Origin: Balanoglossus misakiensis
Taxonomy: Eukaryota > Animalia > Hemichordata
Length of the DNA: 64,000 nt
Direction of reading: 5' to 3'
Assembly: GCA_040954595.2 (NCBI GenBank)
Contig: CM082588.2
Coordinates: forward strand, 5,272,156-5,336,155
The notes below the pieces were generated by a model that saw nothing but the letters and a program-made list of their open reading frames with translations, was not told the origin of the DNA and made no database searches. Each line of letters opens with the position of its first letter. Within the stretch, counting starts at the first letter, position 1. Shown in pieces: positions 26,302-38,100 of this stretch. The position numbers were made by a program, and so were the translations under genes.

Positions 26302-29300
26302 CTACTCAGACTCAACGGACCCGTACCCATTGGGAGTTTCCGGTAAAGCTGTGATGGTTCCATTGCAATGTGCCTGTAACAGCGGAGGAGCATCGGGGTC
26401 CACATCTTCGGGAGCTTTGTAAGAGACAAGTCCTAGCACCAGGAAAATGGACGTCGCAGTGAGGAAGACGGTCCCCAAAAGAACAAAGGTGCGTCCGAAT
26501 GTTTGGCCGTCGTAGATCCAACACGATCCTGTGGAGTTGTCTGGCAGTTGCTCCCACACCAGGCATGTGTGATCGATCGCGGCTCCAAACAAGATACTGC
26601 CCGGAATTGAACCTGTCGATGAATATGATTAATAAAACAGTAAAACATTTTGGAAATACCAATAAAATTACTAAGGCACACTTCAATTTCAACATGCTGC
26701 TGCTGTTTTAACATGTGGAAATATTCAAAAACGGACAAAATTCATTAATTTGTTCTATGAGTAATCGTTTTTTTATTAAGTAAAATTTTAAACTAAACAT
26801 GATAAAAGTTTTATCATAATTTTCGTGTGGGTACTTACCTAGTAATCGGTACATCAGTGACTGAATACCCAGTCCAAACGACCTCTGACTGTCCGGTAAA
26901 GTTCTGTATGGACGTAAAATGGTAAACCGAAGTTCAATTGTAGGACTACTGTGACATATGGCTGAACGGAAAAGTTTTTATAAAAGTACAACGTAAAAAA
27001 GTTCTCAAACGGGTGAATTTTAGGAAATGCCACCAAACAGACTTACCGCATGGTTACGATCGCCATTGGTGACGTCGGGAGAAAGCCAATCACCATCAAG
27101 AAAAACATGGCAAAGATGAAGACAGGAAATTGCCAGCAATCTGTCGGACATTTTCCACTTATCACTTCCAGCGCCCCTGTGTCGCCCGATTCTACGCAGG
27201 AGCAGTTATAATATGCCTGGTAGGAAAAAAAAACGAAAGATGAAATAAAATAGAGAGATAGGGGATTAGCTTCATTATAAAGAGCAGATCGTATTTATGT
27301 GAGTTTTTTTATTATTCCATGGATGAATGAGTGGTAGTTCAATATTGGTCCATATACGTCCTTGTTCATTAAATATTTCTGTAACGTTTAGTCATTTTTG
27401 TTCGGCGTTTCATGTTCAATGGAAATATTTTGTCCCATGTATGCCTGCGTTTACAGATTAATTCTAGTCCGGACTGAAATTCAATTTTCAACAAAAACAG
27501 GGAGCAGAATGCGTCGTACCATAGTACGAACTTTTTAAAAATATTTTTCTACAGTCTGTGTGTGCTAAAGACATAAATATGATGTTATTAATCCAATCTT
27601 ACCAAACCATCAACAGTTCCACCTTGACAGCCTGCGTAACAGGCATCGAAGTATTCAATACCGTTGACGCCGCAGACAGGGTCATAGGTCGTGGTGGTGC
27701 AGTGGCAGTCTGCGTTGCATTGGTTGTCTAATGTGACGTCATCGGGGCGAATATCACTGTGGAAGAAAACAAAAATTGGACAGTTTGAAATCTGCAATGC
27801 GCTCTGGATGTGTTTGACAGCGCCTATGGGGAATGCTAGCTGTTTAGAAGAGAATCTGCCATTGGTCCTCCAAAACTCTGAACGATTGCACGTCACGAGC
27901 GCATTATCCAACTAACAACACGTCGCCAACATCTGTGATCTTGATATGCTAAACAACTTCTCAATCACAGCAACCAATCACAAGCTTCACAAACTCTGCA
28001 TGCACCTGGTGATTGGATAGTTGTCAGCAAGCGCATTTGTTAGCCGTCGGCGACGTGCCACTTCCGTCATTCGGAATCAATCTCTGTCCCTTTGACCTAC
28101 AAACATCATGGCTGAAAGTAGGATCGACAACGACCTATTCATTGCTCAGAGCAATGTCCGACAACCTATAGTGAACGTGTAGGTCATGACTGCGACAATA
28201 TGGACTGGATTTTCCAACGTTTTGGTAGCGGCTCATTGGAGATTATGTACAACGATCATGGAATGTGACTTGACGAATATCGAGGATGCCCTTTCTCCTG
28301 GCTTGCATCCCCAATGCGCACATCCATTACTGTAAGTAACAACTTCCGTTCATTCTTTCTTGAAACGTGCATATTTTAAGTTATCTATCGACCAGGAATT
28401 TTCGATAGTACGTCAGCAAGGTCGAAAAAATGCAGCTTTCAGGAGGATCCGTGTGCGAGGTAGAAATAAAACCCTAGTAACCAAAGGTCGAGCCCAGCGC
28501 AGAGATTACAGAGAAAGATGGCCGAACCAAGTACATGCATGTGCACCTGGAAATCGAAATACCCGAATATTTGTTCTCAAACCTGTACTCACATATCCGG
28601 GTCATATGATCTAAACACGCCGGCAAGTGGTTCATCCGGGCATCTCAGGAAGAAGACGCAGTTGGCCAACAGACCCACCAGACACACCGCCAGCATGAAC
28701 TTCATGTTTCCCCTGACCTTCAGGTTTGCCTTCTTGATTATCCATCCGCCGAGCATGCTGCCGAATGCGCCGGCGGGAATGAAGACTGACCCTGGAAACA
28801 AAAGATCCGTGTGATTGTTAATGGGGGGTACAGACTTGAAATTATGTTAAAGGGGCAAAGTCTCTCTCTCACTGCCCTATTTCTATTAATTGTTTGATAC
28901 AAGACACCATTTATGTTATTCTACATGTGGATATATAGTGAATCAACGTTCGACCACACACGACTTCCATCCCGTTTGTAGGATATGAGAGTATAAATCT
29001 CGCCAAAATGAATAAATGGTAGAGACTGATTATTCATTTTGGCGGGCTTTTCACTCGCGTTTCTTCAAGTGGGTGGAAGTTGTGTATGGTCGAACGTTGA
29101 TTCACATTATATCCACATGTACAATAACATAAATGGTGTCTTGTATCAAATATAATTAATGGAAAAGGGGCAGCGAGAGAGAGAGAGACTTTGTCCCTTT
29201 AATGGGGGAGGGTACAGACTTGGAATTATGTTAAACTCTGCATACGAAGCTTGACTTGTCTTACTTGGTCAGCAACCAATCCTGTGGTTATCATACGAGA

Positions 29301-29602
29301 GACTATTACCTGCTAGAATACTCGCCACAGATGATGTGATTCCGAACTGGTTCTCCATGAAGGACACCAAGAACAGGGCGACGCCGGACACGTACAGCGT
29401 CATGCTGCAAATACTCAGCGTGATCATCATGAACGGTGGGTTGGAGCAGATCATCTTGGTAGCCGGCCAAATGTCGGACCATTTCGTTCCGAAGCCCGGT
29501 TGCTGAGCACTTTCTTCTGAGCCGTTCTGGTGTGCTTGGGATTTCCGCTCGGCTTGAATGCTTACTGTTTCTGTTCGAGGGAAAATAGCCATGTCAATTA
29601 AA

Positions 29603-29660
<58 letters not shown>

Positions 29661-29714
29661 GTGACCATCATCATCCGTGACCATCACCACCACCACCACT
29701 ACAACCACCACCAA

Positions 29715-29788
<74 letters not shown>

Positions 29789-31010
29789 GTGACCATCACC
29801 ACCACTACTACCACCAACACCATCCCACCATCACCATCAACTTACCGGGGAGAGCCGATGAGAAGCCGCCGACTGGAAGCGCCGAAAGCAGAGCCAGCAA
29901 AGACGCGATCAGAAATCCAAGCCACCAGGCGCCAACCCAAGCCTCGTCCGAAGGAGTGAGATCAGTTCTGTTTGACGAATAACAAGTCAACGGCACATTA
30001 TTCATTTTCCATTGGAGTCGAGTGGACGAGTCTCGGCGACAAAGTTAGTGAATAGTCAAAATGTCAGTAATTGTGAAGGAAAAATGAAAAAGAATGTTTT
30101 ACTTACTCAACTTGTATGTCAGTGTATATGCTAAGACACACAGCCCCAAGAACATATCCCAGCGCGATACCAGCATTACTCATTGCCGACAGTATACCTG
30201 AAAACGTACATTTTATTACTGTCAGCTAGTCATATAGTAGTCATTCAGCTGGTATCTGTATTAAAGGCGTACCTTCTTTACCAGGTTTAGTTGAAACCAA
30301 TCGCTTTGCACCACATAAATGTTTATGTCTAATGCGAGAATCAGGGATTGGAAATTACACTTTTACTGCTGAATTCGGAACTCACCTATGTACCAGCCGC
30401 TCCTATTGGTCGTCGTATTTTCATCAACCCACGCATAACCAACAGTGTATATCGGAGCGGCACCGATACCCAGTAATACTTGTGCCAGCAGAAATGAGTA
30501 AAAATAGTTTGACAAGGACTGGGTTGTCAAGTGTGCGCTGGCAGGAGCCGTGACGTTTTCCAGTTCGCACACCGGTAGCGGGGAAAAGCCGGCACCGGCT
30601 ACGTAGAGACCGCTGGTGAAATGGGGTAAGGACCAGGCCAGGGCGCCGATGGCCATGACAAGCGCCCCCGCGGCCAGCCACCGCGCCTTGTTTCTGGTCG
30701 CGAGGGCGTACGACACGAATGGGACGAGCATCAGAACTGTCAGGTCATAGGTGGCCACGATGACGCCAACCTGGGTACTGGAGAGCTGGAACCGCGTGGC
30801 AACGGTGCTTGAGACCGCCGGCACCAGGCCGTTTAAGATCGTCCCCTGTACCATGCATAGACTGCTCATGGCAGTTACAAGCCAATTTATCGTGTTGAAT
30901 CTCTGCAGACATTCCGGGTGGAAGTTGAGCCAACCATACAGCATCCCCGAGGATTTGTCCGCGCTCGCCACATCCTCGTCTGCCTCTTTAGATTTGTCCG
31001 ATGACGTCAT
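26302..31010 (-). CDS. Organic anion transporting polypeptide (OATP/SLCO family, SLCO4-like), 9 coding exons, ~665 aa
   Basis: Exons (-): 31010-30386, 30197-30107, 29967-29846, 29570-29310, 28791-28593, 27756-27603, 27216-27047, 26903-26839, 26612-26302; GT-AG with matching phases, 1998 nt. OATP signature DEAWVGAWWLGFL, Kazal-like loop CNADCHC..YDPVCGVNGIEYFDACYAGC, RSFGLGIQ..RLLGSIPG..FGAAID-TC-W and GSCWIYD. Start assigned to ATG 31010; subfamily is inferred. Confidence 0.93.
28851..29198. mobile_element. Palindromic (foldback) MITE, ~350 bp, TTAA-flanked, in an SLCO intron
   Basis: Arms 28851-29015 and 29030-29198 are imperfect reverse complements (AGGGGCAAAGTCTCTCTC/GAGAGAGACTTTGTCCCT; TTTGATACAAGACACCATTTATGTTATT/AATAACATAAATGGTGTCTTGTATCAAA; CGCCAAAATGAATAA/TTATTCATTTTGGCG) around a 14-nt loop, with TTAA on each side. 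Confidence 0.85.
29607..29839. repeat. Compound (CAT)n/(CAC)n triplet repeat filling most of one SLCO intron
   Basis: Two long CAT runs, CAC runs, and a repeated CATCCGTGACCATCA sub-unit. Confidence 0.95.
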
Positions 31011-32519
31011 TGTCCAGAACAGTACTTTTGGCTTTTTTTCCACAGAATTCCTACAGGAGACTAAGTCAGTATATATCCAATAGGTTTTGTTTGATTTGCG
31101 AAAGTGAAAACCTCATGTCCACACCATGGTGATGTCTAGCTCCATGTTCCACCGTAGAGATATACCATGGAGCTATGCGGAGTACGAAATAGCCTCGTTG
31201 ACGGAACTCCTGGAAACAAGGTCGCCGTGGAACAGATGTAATTACCGATTCAGTGGTGATCTTTCGCGTTTGTCGGACAATCATCAAAACAGCGATAAAC
31301 GCTGGGAATGCCTTTGACGTCGGCGCTCGCTGCTGCTCGTTTGATCTTCAACATATACTCGATTGTACCTCCTCCATGATGGCGCTAAACACAAGCCGCA
31401 TTCCCCGTCCGTCACCCAAATCGCGACCTCACAGCTCTAGTATTGGCCGCAAGAGAAGCAGGCGAAAAACCAAGCTACCCACCGTCATCAAACCTTCTAC
31501 GATATTCCCGAATAACACACCAGCTTACTACAACTCGTCTAACTGCACAGGATTCGACGACAATGGTTCCCCCAGCCTGTACTAATTATTCATTATTACC
31601 AAATCGTCACCGTATTGTTCAATGTTTATTTAGAGACTTGAGTACCCGCATTATTAAACAATGCGACAGCACAATAAACGCGCGATTCATTTCATTTATG
31701 GTAATGATTTGGTCCGTGTTTGTCCTTTTAAGTAATCATTTGATTTGTCGGAAGGAACATATTTGATTTCATGAGAGCACCAATGTGTGGTAATATTTTC
31801 GATACGTATTGCACTTTCATTTCCAAAAGAAAATTAATAAAAAATGGGATAAATGGTTTATTTTGAGCGATTTACCGATTACGAAATTTTGATCGCATTT
31901 CATAGACCTTGATTTCTGTTAACCCGAAATTGGCTTAGAAAAGTGCGCCAGATTATTTGTTTTATTTGGAGAAAGATCTCACTTTGTTACGATGTCAGAA
32001 TAAAATGAGTGTTTTTTTTTCGCTGCAGTTTACACAGGCTGTTGTTTGAATCCCAGGTGCGACAATGCTTTTCATCCATATTGCGGAACGCCGTGAAAGT
32101 GGTTATCGCCCGTGTGTTGTCTCGTCGTGAATGCGGGTTAGGGCGGGGCTGGCGGTGAGGTGTGAGGCGGTGTTGTGTCCGCTCACGGCCACTACTTAGC
32201 TCCACCACTCATGGACGCCAAGCGTCCTCGAAAGAATAGACTGGAAGTGAGAACGTACGGGCACATTAACACAGTGAAGTTGTTATTGTTGTTTATATAA
32301 GGTGCTAAATACTTGTTACCCCTCTTCCATTGTTTCAGGTAATTAAGTGTTCCTGGTTTCGTGAAGCAACAACGTTACAATCCCGGCCACCGAACAAAAA
32401 ATACACAGAGGAATATGAACTGAGGAGCAAGAGCACCTCCGATACTTGAACAAACAGAACATAAACCAATACCGATCGATCTATGGGGCAAAAACATCAA
32501 AAAAAGGTATGAACAGCAT

Positions 32520-32724
32520 GGATTTTATACACGGGGCGATCACCAAGGTTCTTAAATAGGATTTTATACACGGGGCCGATCACCAAGGTTCTTAAATAGG
32601 ATTTTATTCACGGGGCCGATCACCAAGGTTCTTAGATAGGATTCTATACACGGGGCCGATCACCAAGGTTCTTAGATAGGATTTTATACACGGGGCCGAT
32701 CACTGACCAAGGTTCTTAGATAGG
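32520..32724. repeat. Minisatellite, ~5 copies of a 40-bp unit (ATTTTATACACGGGGCCGATCACCAAGGTTCTTARATAGG)
   Basis: Five head-to-tail near-identical units with no spacers; the last carries a 4-nt insertion. Confidence 0.95.
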
Positions 32725-34419
32725 AGCTTTACATAATTTAAAGTAGAGAAAAAGAGAACAAGACACAATGATTGATAAAATGTCATACATTCATCTCACG
32801 TTTCCAAGGAAATAGTTTACATATATATTTAAGTACAAAAGCGATGACTAATTTCTTAAATTACCTTTTCATTAAGTCTACGGATTAGTACATATACAAA
32901 AATCATACAGAAAATCCACTTCAAAAGCAATTGCTATATATACATTTATGAAGCACTCTGTGGATGAAAACGATATCTCCTTCAAATTGTTACAACTAAT
33001 ATAGGTACATGTACATGTAATATAATTACATTAATCATGATTCTAATTGCATCAGTAATATTTTAATTATGAAACATCTATTGAAATCAAAATCAGCTGC
33101 AAACGAAGCCATATTGATAAATTCAAACATGATACGGAGATCACCTTTGGTGCACGGAATACATTTAGACTTCTGCTGTTTTCTGTCGTTGATGATGCAT
33201 TTCACCATCACCGATTGCTGACTCGCAAAGTGACCATGTAATGTTTGTTTGTTTGTTGATTTTCTCCTTTTGGCTCGCAAGATGCTGGCACTGAAATTCT
33301 TGATAATCGGCAGTGTTTGAATAGTACATAAATTTCACCCGCTATTTTCAATTAATTTTACAATTCATTAAAACGTTGAATCAAAAATCACAATTAGGAT
33401 GGAAAGGCTACGATTGAACTTACAAAATTTACTCATATTTATTTAGAACTAGACTAGACACGTCCACTGATTTGCTTGGTATCATCGGCCAATCACAGGG
33501 GAAATACTTTCAGAACTGACTGACAAATGACCTATCGGCTTGCACCTGGTCATAAGGTGTTACACACATACGTACTAATTGACTCTACAATAGGTTTGAA
33601 ACTTGAAGAACAGGAAAATACAGCAAAGAGATAAAACACAACAAAATCCCTCGGTCTGAGAAATCCTAGTAGACTACTACGCGAGACGCGAGAATAGTAC
33701 CCTTCATCGAGTGGATGAAGCAAACTCGCCGGTCAAAGAATATCTAAAACACCTTCAGCCTGTAATCCGAACTGAATGTTGATAAAAAAAGAAGTTTAAT
33801 GCAGTTGTTGAACACAAATCTCTTCGAATACCAGCGCTCATGGAGCATGAAGCTTCTGGTGTCGTCGATAAAAACTAAGTACTGCAGTCGCGATACAACA
33901 ATATCTGATTAACATGAAACTACAACGATTCCCTGATGGGATTGTTTCAGAGTACAATTTGTAGAGAGTTTGGAAGTTACCTGCTGAGAATGTCTCAGGC
34001 GTCTAGGAAAACCGTTCAAATGAAGATCTGTTTAGATATGACATAAAAACACGTGTTTGACACAGAATTTGTAGATAAAAGACACACATTATTGGTAAAA
34101 AATATGTCAATGCCTTTTTAAGGCATCCGTTAGAAAGAATGACAGAAAAGTAGAGTAGAGTTTTGACACGCATCTAAAAATATCATTCAAACACTTAATC
34201 AGCCATGGACCTGTATGATTCCCGTTTGTATTCCAACCAACAGACAGTGAATTTTCTTCTGGTTGTACATTTGGTATTACTTTTCTAAAAATTAACATGA
34301 TTGAGAGTCTGTGAAAGAAGCCGATGTCTGTATGAAATATTTGCAAACGAATGAACTAGTGGCGTACGACTCTGGTGGTGTGTTCACATCCTGGGGGTTC
34401 TTCAGATCCGATCTGTAGT

Positions 34420-34559
34420 CAGATCAAACCCGCATTCGTGGCCACCTCTATATAGTGGCCACTTTGTTACAGTCCCTGTGCAATTTACATGTCTATAAAG
34501 GCCACCTGTCTTTAAAGGACCAGTCCATTGACTGTCCACTGTGGACAGTTTTGACTGTA
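34420..34559. mobile_element. Tc1/mariner-pogo-like MITE remnant (family shared with 43869-44017)
   Basis: Right end GACAGTTTTGACTG-TA; internal GTGGCCACCTCTATATAGTGGCCACTTT..CAGTCCCTGTGCAA.TTACATG..CCTGTCT.TAAAGG matches the second copy. Superfamily is inferred from CAGT/ACTG ends and the TA flank. Confidence 0.6.
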
Positions 34560-35157
34560 CTGTACAGAACATGATTACCACCACCGCTGTAGGTCATCAT
34601 AAACTTTGTTTTACCAGTATTGGCCCATGGTCACCTTCAGGACACTAATGGTCCAGTACACATTTAAATGTGTAAAGGGAATTTACTCAAGTATCGTTTG
34701 AAGACGATTTATTGTCATCTTTGGAAGTCGGGCAGTGGTTACGTATCGAATACGTATATCTGAATCAAAATGCTGTAGGATGATGCTTGCGACTTCCGAA
34801 TGACAACGACATTTTGGTCAAAAAGAATCATACGTTTGTATAAAAATTCCATAATTATCACATTTAAAAAATCTATAAAAATCTAACGTAAGTTTTTTTT
34901 TCAATGATTATACGATATCTGAATGATCTAAAATATTTACAGTTTTGCTTGGTTTCCCTAACGGATAGCTGGTGGTTTAAATCTTCGAATCGTTTTGTCT
35001 GTCGCGAAATGTCGACAGATCAAATTCGATGTCGTCGCTTCTTTCATGAACCGCGCCATTTGATCGCAGTATTTAATCGGGTATTCATGATTTGAATCTT
35101 CTTATCTTGTCTTGTCTTGTCCAGAATAATCTGATTAATTATGGATTTCGGATTGCT

Positions 35158-38100
35158 TCATTGTACATTCGGGGGCGGTAACCATGCCATTACGTAAGGA
35201 GAGTTGCCGGTGGAGGCAGAGCCCACTGCGCCGGCAGGGGTGTGAGCGTGCTGGGCCACGGGGCTGGTGACAGCGGGAGGGCTCGTCAGATAAAGTTGCG
35301 GCACCACCGGGTACGCGTACCTGGGCACGTAAGCGTACATGGGGGTGAGGCTTGGAGTAGTGGGCGACCCCGCCGTGGTTGTGGAGCACGTGGAAGAGGC
35401 GGGGGAGAGAATGCTGCTCAGCTGCAATGACGGGGCGGTGGCCATGATCGGGGTTCGCTGGCTCCCGCGCGCGTGGCCCGGCGCGACGGTGTAGAGCGGC
35501 CCGGTGTCTATCCTGAGTTCCCCGAGAGTGGTCGCCGGTAAAGTCCTCTGCGGCGCCCGCAGCGGCGGCAATGAGGCCTGGTCCGGCACGGGGCACTGTC
35601 GGCGGAATGTCTCTGGGCAGGGAGCAACGGGGGCGTCGCTCCTCGAGAGCGAGAAAATGCTGGTGTGCTCTTGCATAGCGGTGTTGAACTCCATCGTCCC
35701 TTGCAACTTCTTCAAGTGAGCGGAGAGTCGCGCCACCAACGGATGATCAGGAGAGAGATGTTCCTCCTCTATGAGAAAGCGTATGGCCTCCTCAGCACAC
35801 TCTTTGAAACCTGTGAGCATGACGTCATTGGGCGATAACTCGAAGGGAAAAGTGCTTGCCTTCTCTCGCAGTTTCTGGTCCGGCGACTTAATTTCATCTA
35901 CAAATAAAAAAAAACTTGTTACCAGTTACTCGTGTAACAGCCGTGACTCTCTATCTATTGGCTGGTGATGCGTTCAAGTTGAACTTGGCAATTCCACCCA
36001 AATCTTCTGTCCATACTTAGGATAATGATGTGGTCATGCTAAAATAAAATCTCTCGTTTTGCAAAGATTCGGTCTTAATTAGCGCATTACACTAAAACTC
36101 AAATAAATAGCTAATTTGGAAGACGTAATCATTTTAGATTTGTCAAAGGTCTGTCTCAGAAGCATGTATTAGTGCTAGCTGTGTATCGACATGTATGGCA
36201 AAACAATTCCAGTGTGTAATTCCCTTTTCGAAGCATTCACGATTGCCTCGGCCTAACCTAACACCTGCTCTTGCACCACCTGCGCATAGGGAATCACGCA
36301 TTATAGTTAAATCTCAGATAATCACACCCAGGCTATTTTGGCGCGTTTTTGGCCGCGCTCATCACCATGCACCGTGTTCGCGTCTTTTTGTCTGACATTA
36401 TAAAGACTATTGTTTCTGATGATGAAGGGGTGACATAGGTTTATCCGGGGATTTGGCGTTTCTATGACAATGGGCTCATCAGTAGGCGCTGTTGTTTGAT
36501 CACATTTTGTTTGTTGACTCGTTTCTCCGTAAACCAGTGACCAACCTTGGTCGTTGAAATCACTGCTGGCCAATTTCCAAGTGATTGGATGTTGCATGTT
36601 CTGCAAACACTCTAGAAGTCTACTCTGTTTACCATGTGTTTTTGTACATTTCTTTTTCTGTTATATTTAACACCCTCTCGCTTTGAAGGGGGGGGGGGTC
36701 TCAGATTTGTGTTGAGTCGTCCATAGTAAGAATGCCCTGATGCCACAGAAAGGGGACGAAATACTGTTTTCCAGGAATACAAAACAGAAAGATTTATAAA
36801 GCTTCATTTTTTTAAATCTGGCAACTTTCTGAATGAGCAAAACCCACAATAGAATGAGCACGTGTTTTAATCACCAGCATAGTTTTACGGAGTTTTGTCT
36901 AGCACATTATCCCTCATTATCGGAATGCGTTCAGTGAGATCTGCTGTGGGCGTTTCGTTTATCGTTTCTTTCATTCGGTTTCCTTCCCCCGTGTCACGCT
37001 TTCATTCCATCACATAAAACAAGAGAAAGTCAGTGGGCGAAATGTTTGTCTCCGGCACAGAACATTATGAGCTGCCGATACACAGCTGACGTCGATGGTG
37101 TTTTTACCCACTGACGTATTGGTCTTTGGTCGAGTGGTTCCATTTGGAAAAAAAATCACCATGTGTCCATGGCAACAGACAGTGAAATCTGTCACCGTTG
37201 ACAGGACGATTGGTGACTTTTTCTTGGAACTGATTGTCCGTGTTTAATGGTGACAACTTCTCGCTGTTTGGCAAACACTCTCAGTCACCTGAACGGAAAC
37301 TACTTATGGGAACGTTAACAGCAAATTATCACATTGACAGACACGGCTTCACCACATTTATCCTGTGGATCAGACGGGACGAAAGCAGTATACTGGGTTA
37401 TATGACGCTTGCATCGCAAGAATTTAGATAGGGACTTTAGCGCCTGGGGCAAAGAATCATGATATTCCATGGACAGATGACGCGTTACTTGAGAGCGTCA
37501 TAACTTAGTATTTGAATAAAAGTTTGCGATGGGTGTGCGCTTGGTCGCAAATACGGTAATATAGGGAGAGGCTGGTTAACTATGATCTATGCGAGAAGTA
37601 CCACGAATGACAGCCACAAGTTCTTGAAGTTAAAAGCCAATTGTGTACAGCCCTGGTAATGCAGATCTTTAATGACTGCAGTTCAAAGAACTCGGCTGAA
37701 AAGCCATCAGCTGTCAAAAGCTTTTAATGAACTAAAACAAAATAACAAGACAATTGACTTGGCATGTGCTTAGAATAACGAGGAGATAAATGCGGGGAGA
37801 GGTCTTGCATCACGACCACAAATAAAACAACGAGAGTCTTGGGACGGACTTACGCCCAGAATGAATGCGCATCTCGCGAATCGTGAATACATTTCCTTTT
37901 GTGTCCAGCGCGAGTCAACTGCGCCTGGGATTTCTGATGCACATTGATGTAGACATGTGGGTAAACAGACAAATAGTTCTCCGATTGTCCGCGGATTGGA
38001 ACTAGTTGACCAGAAACAACGGCATGGTGCTTGAATTCGAGGGAAAATCTGAGATTAGGGGTCAAGGGACCTTTGGCCAGAAAGGGGGCGGGTCATTTTG

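Noticed and set aside
25541-26302. Overlapping 3'UTRs of convergent CRYL1-B and SLCO
   Set aside because: Candidate AATAAA signals (~25835 on +, ~26195-26200 on -) would end the transcripts before they overlap.
31369-31377. ATG GAG GAG|GTAC micro-exon as the SLCO start
   Set aside because: Splicing to the acceptor near 31051 is out of frame with the OATP ORF and hits a stop; at most a uORF in a 5'UTR exon.
32520-32724. Regular 40-bp repeats that could be mistaken for a CRISPR array
   Set aside because: Units are contiguous with no unique spacers, there are no cas genes, and the context is eukaryotic; this is a minisatellite.
35135-35968. Overlapping alternative-frame and antisense ORFs on the bHLH-O last exon (likewise over SLCO, creatinase and SGNH exons)
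   Set aside because: Shadow ORFs of GC-rich coding sequence.
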